From: Auanema rhodensis
Taxonomy: Eukaryota; Animalia; Nematoda
Direction of reading: 5' to 3'
DNA: 64,000 bases
Assembly (NCBI GenBank): GCA_964057225.1
Contig: OZ059897.1
Location: 20,026,001 to 20,090,000, forward strand
Part shown: one piece after another, positions 1 through 11,933 of the stretch
How the letters are laid out: every line of letters starts with the position of its first letter
Numbering within the stretch: the stretch's first letter is position 1
Program-made: the position numbers and the translations under genes
The notes under the pieces: model-generated
The model's database searches: none
Told to the model about the DNA's origin: nothing
Seen by the model: only the letters and a program-made list of their open reading frames with translations

Positions 1-701
1 AACACAGATCGACGCAGCTTAAAAATCCGCATCGAATGCACTATACTACATTGAGAAACGCTTAATACAAAATTAGTTATGATCGTTTGAAAAATGATGC
101 ATTAGTGTAAGTTGAGTTTCCATGTACACTCAACATTGCTTCCAAAAACATTTTGACAAAAATTTTTTCGAAAAATTTCAAAATAATTTAGCAAAAAGTA
201 GATGTTTTTAGATTCCTTTTTTCAAGGCAAAGACGATGGACAATGTTATTCAACGAAAAAATTAATTCTTCAGGGTGAAAATCGAGGATATAAGTGTGAA
301 CTTATAACAGTTGATATCTCGGTACATTTTTAAGCTAGCGCAAATCTGATAACACAGATCGACGCAGCTTAAAAATCCGCATCGAATGCACTATACTACA
401 TTGAGAAACGCTTAATACAAAAATTAGTTATGATCGTTTGAAAAATGATGCATTAGTGTATGTTGAGTTTCCATGTACACTCAACATTGCTTCCAAAAAC
501 ATTTTGACAAAAATTTTTTCGAAAAATTTCAAAATAATTTAGCAAAAAGTAGATGTTTTTAGATTCCTTTTTTCAAGGCAAAGACGATGGACAATGTTAT
601 TCAACGAAAAAATTAATTCTTCAGGGTGAAAATCGAGGATATAAGTGTGAACTTATAACAGTTGATATCTCGGTACATTTTTAAGCTAGCGCAAATCTGA
701 T

Positions 702-1052
702 AACACAGATCGACGCAGCTTAAAAATCCGCATCGAATGCACTATACTACATTGAGAAACGCTTAATACAAAAATTAGTTATGATCGTTTGAAAAATGAT
801 GCATTAGTGTATGTTGAGTTTCCATGTACACTCAACATTGCTTCCAAAAACATTTTGACAAAAATTTTTTCGAAAAATTTCAAAATAATTTAGCAAAAAG
901 TAGATGTTTTTAGATTCCTTTTTTCAAGGCAAAGACGATGGACAATGTTATTTAACGAAAAAATTAATTCTTCAGGGTGAAAATCGAGGATATAAGTGTA
1001 AACTTATATCAGTTGATATCTCGGTGCATTTTTAAGCTAGCGCAAATCTGAT
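702..1052 (+). repeat. Representative 351-bp monomer (m3)
   Basis: ~31% GC with many A4-6/T4-6 tracts; carries single NheI (GCTAGC), EcoRV (GATATC), BstBI (TTCGAA), NsiI (ATGCAT) and BsrGI (TGTACA) sites. The phase is arbitrary (set by the window start). Confidence 0.97.
989..1010 (+). other. 9-bp perfect inverted repeat with a GTRA 4-nt loop, one per monomer (example in m3)
   Basis: GATATAAGT-GTAA-ACTTATATC; the loop is GTAA or GTGA in the copies read. Confidence 0.85.
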
Positions 1053-1371
1053 AACACAGATCGACGCAGCTTAAAAATCCGGATCAAATGCACTATACTA
1101 CATTGAGAAACGCTTAATACAAAAATTAGTTATGATCGTTTGAAAAATGATGCATTAGTGTATGTTGAGTTTCCATGTACACTCAACATTGCTTCCAAAA
1201 ACATTTTGACAAAAATTTTTTCGAAAAATTTCAAAATAATTTAGCAAAAAGTAGATGTTTTTAGATTCCTTTTTTCAAGGCAAAGACGATGGACAATGTT
1301 ATTTAACGAAAAAATTAATTCTTCAGGGTGAAAATCGAGGATATAAGTGTAAACTTATATCAGTTGATATC

Positions 1372-1438
1372 TCGGTGCATTTTTAAGCTAGCGCAAATCT
1401 GATAACACAGATCGACGCAGCTTAAAAATCCGCATCGA
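1372..1438. other. 67-nt imperfect inverted repeat, one per monomer (example at the m4/m5 boundary)
   Basis: TCGGTGC-ATTTTTAAGCT-a-GCG-caa-ATCTG [ataaca] CAGAT-cga-CGC-AGCTTAAAAAT-cc-GCATCGA: 7+11+3+5 = 26 pairs including one G.T. Confidence 0.85.
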
Positions 1439-4400
1439 ATGCACTATACTACATTGAGAAACGCTTAATACAAAAATTAGTTATGATCGTTTGAAAAATG
1501 ATGCATTAGTGTATGTTGAGTTTCCATGTACACTCAACATTGCTTCCAAAAACATTTTGACAAAAATTTTTTCGAAAAATTTCAAAATAATTTAGCAAAA
1601 AGTAGATGTTTTTAGATTCCTTTTTTCAAGGCAAAGACGATGGACAATGTTATTTAACGAAAAAATTAATTCTTCAGGGTGAAAATCGAGGATATAAGTG
1701 TAAACTTATATCAGTTGATATCTCGGTGCATTTTTAAGCTAGCGCAAATCTGATAACACAGATCGACGCAGCTTAAAAATCCGCATCGAATGCACTATAC
1801 TACATTGAGAAACGCTTAATACAAAAATTAGTTATGATCGTTTGAAAAATGATGCATTAGTGTATGTTGAGTTTCCATGTACACTCAACATTGCTTCCAA
1901 AAACATTTTGACAAAAATTTTTTCGAAAAATTTCAAAATAATTTAGCCAAAAGTAGATGTTTTTAGATTCCTTTTTTCAAGGCAAAGACGATGGACAATG
2001 TTATTCAACAAAAAAATTAATTCTTCAGGGTGAAAATCGAGGATATAAGTGTAAACTTATATCAGTTGATATCTCGGTGCATTTTTAAGCTAGCGCAAAT
2101 CTGATAACACAGATCGACGCAGCTTAAAAATCCGCATCGAATGCACTATACTACATTGAGAAACGCTTAATACAAAAATTAGTTATGATCGTTTGAAAAA
2201 TGATGCATTAGTGTATGTTGAGTTTCCATGTACACTCAACATTGCTTCCAAAAACATTTTGACAAAAATTTTTTCGAAAAATTTCAAAATAATTTAGCAA
2301 AAAGTAGATGTTTTTAGATTCCTTTTTTCAAGGCAAAGACGATGGACAATGTTATTCAACGAAAAAATTAATTCTTCAGGGTGAAAATCGAGGATATAAG
2401 TGTGAACTTATAACAGTTGATATCTCGGTACATTTTTAAGCTAGCGCAAATCTGATAACACAGATCGACGCAGCTTAAAAATCCGCATCGAATGCACTAT
2501 ACTACATTGAGAAACGCTTAATACAAAAATTAGTTATGATCGTTTGAAAAATGATGCATTAGTGTATGTTGAGTTTCCATGTACACTCAACATTGCTTCC
2601 AAAAACATTTTGACAAAAATTTTTTCGAAAAATTTCAAAATAATTTAGCAAAAAGTAGATGTTTTTAGATTCCTTTTTTCAAGGCAAAGACGATGGACAA
2701 TGTTATTTAACGAAAAAATTAATTCTTCAGGGTGAAAATCGAGGATATAAGTGTAAACTTATATCAGTTGATATCTCGGTGCATTTTTAAGCTAGCGCAA
2801 ATCTGATAACACAGATCGACGCAGCTTAAAAATCCGCATCGAATGCACTATACTACATTGAGAAACGCTTAATACAAAAATTAGTTATGATCGTTTGAAA
2901 AATGATGCATTAGTGTATGTTGAGTTTCCATGTACACTCAACATTGCTTCCAAAAACATTTTGACAAAAATTTTTTCGAAAAATTTCAAAATAATTTAGC
3001 CAAAAGTAGATGTTTTTAGATTACTTTTTTCAAGGCAAAGACGATGGACAATGTTATTCAACGAAAAAATTAATTCTTCAGGGTGAAAATCGAGGATATA
3101 AGTGTAAACTTATATCAGTTGATATCTCGGTGCATTTTTAAGCTAGCGCAAATCTGATAACACAGATCGACGCAGCTTAAAAATCCGCATCGAATGCACT
3201 ATACTACATTGAGAAACGCTTAATACAAAAATTAGTTATGATCGTTTGAAAAATGATGCATTAGTGTATGTTGAGTTTCCATGTACACTCAACATTGCTT
3301 CCAAAAACATTTTGACAAAAATTTTTTCGAAAAATTTCAAAATAATTTAGCAAAAAGTAGATGTTTTTAGATTCCTTTTTTCAAGGCAAAGACGATGGAC
3401 AATGTTATTTAACGAAAAAATTAATTCTTCAGGGTGAAAATCGAGGATATAAGTGTAAACTTATATCAGTTGATATCTCGGTGCATTTTTAAGCTAGCGC
3501 AAATCTGATAACACAGATCGACGCAGCTTAAAAATCCGCATCGAATGCACTATACTACATGGAAGAACGCTTAATACAAAAATTAGTTATGATCGTTTGA
3601 AAAATGATGCATTAGTGTATGTTGAGTTTCCATGTACACTCAACATTGCTTCCAAAAACATTTTGACAAAAATTTTTTCGAAAAATTTCAAAATAATTTA
3701 GCCAAAAGTAGATGTTTTTAGATTACTTTTTTCAAGGCAAAGACGATGGACAATGTTATTCAACGAAAAAATTAATTCTTCAGGGTGAAAATCGAGGATA
3801 TAAGTGTAAACTTATATCAGTTGATATCTCGGTGCATTTTTAAGCTAGCGCAAATCTGATAACACAGATCGACGCAGCTTAAAAATCCGCATCGAATGCA
3901 CTATACTCCATTGAGAAACGCTTAATACAAAAATTAGTTATGATCGTTTGAAAAATGATGCATTAGTGTATGTTGAGTTTCCATGTACACTCAACATTGC
4001 TTCCAAAAACATTTTGACAAAAATTTTTTCGAAAAATTTCAAAATAATTTAGCAAAAAGTAGATGTTTTTAGATTCCTTTTTTTAAGGCAAAGACGATGG
4101 ACAATGTTATTTAACGAAAAAATTAATTCTTCAGGGTGAAAATCGAGGATATAAGTGTAAACTTATATCAGTTGATATCTCGGTGCATTTTTAAGCTAGC
4201 GCAAATCTGATAACACAGATCGACGCAGCTTAAAAATCCGCATCGAATGCACTATACTACATTGGGAAACGCTTAATACAAAAATTAGTTATGATCGTTT
4301 GAAAAATGATGCATTAGTGTATGTTGAGTTTCCATGTACACTCAACATTGCTTCCAAAAACATTTTGACAAAAATTTTTTCGAAAAATTTCAAAATAATT

Positions 4401-7400
4401 TAGCAAAAAGTAGATGTTTTTAGATTCCTTTTTTTAAGGCAAAGACGATGGACAATGTTATTCAACGAAAAAATTAATTCTTCAGGGTGAAAATCGAGGA
4501 TATAAGTGTGAACTTATATCAGTTGATATCTCGGTACATTTTTAAGCTAGCGCAAATCTGATAACACAGATCGACGCAGCTTAAAAATCCGCATCGAATG
4601 CACTATACTACATTGAGAAACGCTTAATACAAAAATTAGTTATGATCGTTTGAAAAATGATGCATTAGTGTATGTTGAGTTTCCATGTACACTCAACATT
4701 GCTTCCAAAAACATTTTGACAAAAATTTTTTCGAAAAATTTCAAAATAATTTAGCAAAAAGTAGATGTTTTTAGATTCCTTTTTTCAAGGCAAAGACGAT
4801 GGACAATGTTATTTAACAAAAAAATTAATTCTTCAGGGTGAAAATCGAGGATATAAGTGTAAACTTATATCAGTTGATATCTCGGTGCATTTTTAAGCTA
4901 GCGCAAATCTGATAACACAGATCGACGCAGCTTAAAAATCCGCATCGAATGCACTATACTACATGGAAGAACGCTTAATACAAAAATTAGTTATGATCGT
5001 TTGAAAAATGATGCATTAGTGTATGTTGAGTTTCCATGTACACTCAACATTGCTTCCAAAAACATTTTGACAAAAATTTTTTCGAAAAATTTCAAAATAA
5101 TTTAGCAAAAAGTAGATGTTTTTAGATTCCTTTTTTCAAGGCAAAGACGATGGACAATGTTATTTAACGAAAAAATTAATTCTTCAGGGTGAAAATCGAG
5201 GATATAAGTGTAAACTTATATCAGTTGATATCTCGGTGCATTTTTAAGCTAGCGCAAATCTGATAACACAGATCGACGCAGCTTAAAAATCCGCATCGAA
5301 TGCACTATACTACATTGAGAAACGCTTAATACAAAAATTAGTTATGATCGTTTGAAAAATGATGCATTAGTGTATGTTGAGTTTCCATGTACACTCAACA
5401 TTGCTTCCAAAAACATTTTGACAAAAATTTTTTCGAAAAATTTCAAAATAATTTAGCAAAAAGTAGATGTTTTTAGATTCCTTTTTTCAAGGCAAAGACG
5501 ATGGACAATGTTATTTAACGAAAAAATTAATTCTTCAGGGTGAAAATCGAGGATATAAGTGTAAACTTATATCAGTTGATATCTCGGTGCATTTTAAAGC
5601 TAGCGCAAATCTGATAACACAGATCGACGCAGCTTAAAAATCCGCATCGAATGCACTATACTACATTGAGAAACGCTTAATACAAAAATTAGTTATGATC
5701 GTTTGAAAAATGATGCATTAGTGTATGTTGAGTTTCCATGTACACTCAACATTGCTTCCAAAAACATTTTGACAAAAATTTTTTCGAAAAATTTCAAAAT
5801 AATTTAGCAAAAAGTAGATGTTTTTAGATTCCTTTTTTCAAGGCAAAGACGATGGACAATGTTATTTAACGAAAAAATTAATTCTTCAGGGTGAAAATCG
5901 AGGATATAAGTGTAAACTTATATCAGTTGATATCTCGGTGCATTTTTAAGCTAGCGCAAATCTGATAACACAGATCGACGCAGCTTAAAAATCCGCATCG
6001 AATGCACTATACTACATGGAAGAACGCTTAATACAAAAATTAGTTATGATCGTTTGAAAAATGATGCATTAGTGTATGTTGAGTTTCCATGTACACTCAA
6101 CATTGCTTCCAAAAACATTTTGACAAAAATTTTTTCGAAAAATTTCAAAATAATTTAGCAAAAAGTAGATGTTTTTAGATTCCTTTTTTCAAGGCAAAGA
6201 CGATGGACAATGTTATTTAACGAAAAAATTAATTCTTCAGGGTGAAAATCGAGGATATAAGTGTAAACTTATATCAGTTGATATCTCGGTGCATTTTTAA
6301 GCTAGCGCAAATCTGATAACACAGATCGACGCAGCTTAAAAATCCGCATCGAATGCACTATACTACATGGAAGAACGCTTAATACAAAAATTAGTTATGA
6401 TCGTTTGAAAAATGATGCATTAGTGTATGTTGAGTTTCCATGTACACTCAACATTGCTTCCAAAAACATTTTGACAAAAATTTTTTCGAAAAATTTCAAA
6501 ATAATTTAGCAAAAAGTAGATGTTTTTAGATTTCTTTTTTCAAGGCAAAGACGATGGACAATGTTATTCAACGAAAAAATTAATTCTTCAGGGTGAAAAT
6601 CGAGGATATAAGTGTAAACTTATATCAGTTGATATCTCGGTGCATTTTTAAGCTAGCGCAAATCTGATAACACAGATCGACGCAGCTTAAAAATCCGCAT
6701 CGAATGCACTATACTACATTGAGAAACGCTTAATACAAAAATTAGTTATGATCGTTTGAAAAATGATGCATTAGTGTATGTTGAGTTTCCATGTACACTC
6801 AACATTGCTTCCAAAAACATTTTGACAAAAATTTTTTCGAAAAATTTCAAAATAATTTAGCAAAAAGTAGATGTTTTTAGATTCCTTTTTTCAAGGCAAA
6901 GACGATGGACAATGTTATTTAACGAAAAAATTAATTCTTCAGGGTGAAATTCGAGGATATAAGTGTAAACTTATATCAGTTGATATCTCGGTGCATTTTT
7001 AAGCTAGCGCAAATCTGATAACACAGATCGACGCAGCTTAAAAATCCGCATCGAATGCACTATACTACATTGGGAAACGCTTAATACAAAAATTAGTTAT
7101 GATCGTTTGAAAAATGATGCATTAGTGTATGTTGAGTTTCCATGTACACTCAACATTGCTTCCAAAAACATTTTGACAAAAATTTTTTCGAAAAATTTCA
7201 AAATAATTTAGCAAAAAGTAGATGTTTTTAGATTCCTTTTTTTAAGGCAAAGACGATGGACAATGTTATTCAACGAAAAAATTAATTCTTCAGGGTGAAA
7301 ATCGAGGATATAAGTGTAAACTTATATCAGTTGATATCTCGGTGCATTTTTAAGCTAGCGCAAATCTGATAACACAGATCGACGCAGCTTAAAAATCCGC

Positions 7401-8423
7401 ATCGAATGCACTATACTACATTGAGAAACGCTTAATACAAAAATTAGTTATGATCGTTTGAAAAATGATGCATTAGTGTATGTTGAGTTTCCATGTACAC
7501 TCAACATTGCTTCCAAAAACATTTTGACAAAAATTTTTTCGAAAAATTTCAAAATAATTTAGCAAAAAGTAGATGTTTTTAGATTCCTTTTTTCAAGGCA
7601 AAGACGATGGACAATGTTATTTAACGAAAAAATTAATTCTTCAGGGTGAAATTCGAGGATATAAGTGTAAACTTATATCAGTTGATATCTCGGTGCATTT
7701 TTAAGCTAGCGCAAATCTGATAACACAGATCGACGCAGCTTAAAAATCCGCATCGAATGCACTATACTACATTGGGAAACGCTTAATACAAAAATTAGTT
7801 ATGATCGTTTGAAAAATGATGCATTAGTGTATGTTGAGTTTCCATGTACACTCAACATTGCTTCCAAAAACATTTTGACAAAAATTTTTTCGAAAAATTT
7901 CAAAATAATTTAGCAAAAAGTAGATGTTTTTAGATTCCTTTTTTTAAGGCAAAGACGATGGACAATGTTATTCAACGAAAAAATTAATTCTTCAGGGTGA
8001 AAATCGAGGATATAAGTGTGAACTTATATCAGTTGATATCTCGGTACATTTTTAAGCTAGCGCAAATCTGATAACACAGATCGACGCAGCTTAAAAATCC
8101 GCATCGAATGCACTATACTACATTGAGAAACGCTTAATACAAAAATTAGTTATGATCGTTTGAAAAATGATGCATTAGTGTATGTTGAGTTTCCATGTAC
8201 ACTCAACATTGCTTCCAAAAACATTTTGACAAAAATTTTTTCGAAAAATTTCAAAATAATTTAGCAAAAAGTAGATGTTTTTAGATTCCTTTTTTCAAGG
8301 CAAAGACGATGGACAATGTTATTTAACGAAAAAATTAATTCTTCAGGGTGAAAATCGAGGATATAAGTGTAAACTTATATCAGTTGATATCTCGGTGCAT
8401 TTTTAAGCTAGCGCAAATCTGAT

Positions 8424-11400
8424 AACACAGATCGACGCAGCTTAAAAATCCGCATCGAATGCACTATACTACATGGAAGAACGCTTAATACAAAAATTAG
8501 TTATGATCGTTTGAAAAATGATGCATTAGTGTATGTTGAGTTTCCATGTACACTCAACATTGCTTCCAAAAACATTTTGACAAAAATTTTTTCGAAAAAT
8601 TTCAAAATAATTTAGCAAAAAGTAGATGTTTTTAGATTCCTTTTTTCAAGGCAAAGACGATGGACAATGTTATTTAACGAAAAAATTAATTCTTCAGGGT
8701 GAAAATCGAGGATATAAGTGTAAACTTATATCAGTTGATATCTCGGTGCATTTTTAAGCTAGCGCAAATCTGATAACACAGATCGACGCAGCTTAAAAAT
8801 CCGCATCGAATGCACTATACTACATTGAGAAACGCTTAATACAAAAATTAGTTATGATCGTTTGAAAAATGATGCATTAGTGTATGTTGAGTTTCCATGT
8901 ACACTCAACATTGCTTCCAAAAACATTTTGACAAAAATTTTTTCGAAAAATTTCAAAATAATTTAGCCAAAAGTAGATGTTTTTAGATTACTTTTTTCAA
9001 GGCAAAGACGATGGACAATGTTATTCAACGAAAAAATTAATTCTTCAGGGTGAAAATCGAGGATATAAGTGTAAACTTATATCAGTTGATATCTCGGTGC
9101 ATTTTTAAGCTAGCGCAAATCTGATAACACAGATCGACGCAGCTTAAAAATCCGCATCGAATGCACTATACTACATTGAGAAACGCTTAATACAAAAATT
9201 AGTTATGATCGTTTGAAAAATGATGCATTAGTGTATGTTGAGTTTCCATGTACACTCAACATTGCTTCCAAAAACATTTTGACAAAAATTTTTTCGAAAA
9301 ATTTCAAAATAATTTAGCAAAAAGTAGATGTTTTTAGATTCCTTTTTTCAAGGCAAAGACGATGGACAATGTTATTTAACGAAAAAATTAATTCTTCAGG
9401 GTGAAAATCGAGGATATAAGTGTAAACTTATATCAGTTGATATCTCGGTGCATTTTTAAGCTAGCGCAAATCTGATAACACAGATCGACGCAGCTTAAAA
9501 ATCCGCATCGAATGCACTATACTACATGGAAGAACGCTTAATACAAAAATTAGTTATGATCGTTTGAAAAATGATGCATTAGTGTATGTTGAGTTTCCAT
9601 GTACACTCAACATTGCTTCCAAAAACATTTTGACAAAAATTTTTTCGAAAAATTTCAAAATAATTTAGCAAAAAGTAGATGTTTTTAGATTTCTTTTTTC
9701 AAGGCAAAGACGATGGACAATGTTATTCAACGAAAAAATTAATTCTTCAGGGTGAAAATCGAGGATATAAGTGTAAACTTATATCAGTTGATATCTCGGT
9801 GCATTTTTAAGCTAGCGCAAATCTGATAACACAGATCGACGCAGCTTAAAAATCCGCATCGAATGCACTATACTACATTGGGAAACGCTTAATACAAAAA
9901 TTAGTTATGATCGTTTGAAAAATGATGCATTAGTGTATGTTGAGTTTCCATGTACACTCAACATTGCTTCCAAAAACATTTTGACAAAAATTTTTTCGAA
10001 AAATTTCAAAATAATTTAGCAAAAAGTAGATGTTTTTAGATTCCTTTTTTCAAGGCAAAGACGATGGACAATGTTATTCAACGAAAAAATTAATTCTTCA
10101 GGGTGAAAATCGAGGATATAAGTGTAAACTTATATCAGTTGATATCTCGGTGCATTTTTAAGCTAGCGCAAATCTGATAACACAGATCGACGCAGCTTAA
10201 AAATCCGCATCGAATGCACTATACTACATGGAAGAACGCTTAATACAAAAATTAGTTATGATCGTTTGAAAAATGATGCATTAGTGTATGTTGAGTTTCC
10301 ATGTACACTCAACATTGCTTCCAAAAACATTTTGACAAAAATTTTTTCGAAAAATTTCAAAATAATTTAGCAAAAAGTAGATGTTTTTAGATTCCTTTTT
10401 TCAAGGCAAAGACGATGGACAATGTTATTTAACGAAAAAATTAATTCTTCAGGGTGAAAATCGAGGATATAAGTGTAAACTTATATCAGTTGATATCTCG
10501 GTGCATTTTTAAGCTAGCGCAAATCTGATAACACAGATCGACGCAGCTTAAAAATCCGCATCGAATGCACTATACTACATTGAGAAACGCTTAATACAAA
10601 AATTAGTTATGATCGTTTGAAAAATGATGCATTAGTGTATGTTGAGTTTCCATGTACACTCAACATTGCTTCCAAAAACATTTTGACAAAAATTTTTTCG
10701 AAAAATTTCAAAATAATTTAGCCAAAAGTAGATGTTTTTAGATTACTTTTTTCAAGGCAAAGACGATGGACAATGTTATTCAACGAAAAAATTAATTCTT
10801 CAGGGTGAAAATCGAGGATATAAGTGTAAACTTATATCAGTTGATATCTCGGTGCATTTTTAAGCTAGCGCAAATCTGATAACACAGATCGACGCAGCTT
10901 AAAAATCCGCATCGAATGCACTATACTACATTGAGAAACGCTTAATACAAAAATTAGTTATGATCGTTTGAAAAATGATGCATTAGTGTATGTTGAGTTT
11001 CCATGTACACTCAACATTGCTTCCAAAAACATTTTGACAAAAATTTTTTCGAAAAATTTCAAAATAATTTAGCAAAAAGTAGATGTTTTTAGATTCCTTT
11101 TTTCAAGGCAAAGACGATGGACAATGTTATTTAACGAAAAAATTAATTCTTCAGGGTGAAAATCGAGGATATAAGTGTAAACTTATATCAGTTGATATCT
11201 CGGTGCATTTTTAAGCTAGCGCAAATCTGATAACACAGATCGACGCAGCTTAAAAATCCGCATCGAATGCACTATACTACATGGAAGAACGCTTAATACA
11301 AAAATTAGTTATGATCGTTTGAAAAATGATGCATTAGTGTATGTTGAGTTTCCATGTACACTCAACATTGCTTCCAAAAACATTTTGACAAAAATTTTTT

Positions 11401-11933
11401 CGAAAAATTTCAAAATAATTTAGCAAAAAGTAGATGTTTTTAGATTTCTTTTTTCAAGGCAAAGACGATGGACAATGTTATTCAACGAAAAAATTAATTC
11501 TTCAGGGTGAAAATCGAGGATATAAGTGTAAACTTATATCAGTTGATATCTCGGTGCATTTTTAAGCTAGCGCAAATCTGATAACACAGATCGACGCAGC
11601 TTAAAAATCCGCATCGAATGCACTATACTACATTGGGAAACGCTTAATACAAAAATTAGTTATGATCGTTTGAAAAATGATGCATTAGTGTATGTTGAGT
11701 TTCCATGTACACTCAACATTGCTTCCAAAAACATTTTGACAAAAATTTTTTCGAAAAATTTCAAAATAATTTAGCAAAAAGTAGATGTTTTTAGATTCCT
11801 TTTTTCAAGGCAAAGACGATGGACAATGTTATTCAACGAAAAAATTAATTCTTCAGGGTGAAAATCGAGGATATAAGTGTAAACTTATATCAGTTGATAT
11901 CTCGGTGCATTTTTAAGCTAGCGCAAATCTGAT
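8424..11933. repeat. 5-mer higher-order repeat (1755 bp) x2 (m25-29, m30-34)
   Basis: The ordered pattern TGGAAG / GCCA+TAC / consensus / TGGAAG+TTTCT / TTGGG repeats at a 1755-bp spacing. Confidence 0.8.

Noticed and set aside
518-530. Heat-shock element in TTCGAAAAATTTC
   Set aside because: GAA/TTC spacing does not fit alternating nGAAn pentamers.
593-609. CENP-B-box-like TTCGTTGAA on the minus strand
   Set aside because: It matches only the TTCG....A half and lacks the essential CGGG.
618-624. Hammerhead ribozyme core: CTGAAGA (CUGANGA) on the minus strand, and CTGATAA on the plus strand
   Set aside because: I could not build stem II closing onto a downstream GAAA, nor stems I and III; the plus-strand motif does not fit CUGANGA. 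An Infernal/RNAMotif search would be decisive.
351-701. 5S rDNA, tRNA, snRNA or spliced-leader gene tandem cluster
   Set aside because: No recognisable 5S sequence, cloverleaf, Pol III A/B boxes or SL motif; not checked against Rfam.
351-701. Monomer as a diverged dimer of ~175-bp subunits
   Set aside because: No convincing alignment between the halves by eye beyond A/T tracts; a self dot plot is needed.
989-1040. Helitron 3' end (hairpin followed by CTAG)
   Set aside because: The hairpin is AT-rich and 26 nt from the CTAG, unlike the GC-rich hairpin about 10-12 nt upstream that is typical; no element ends are visible.
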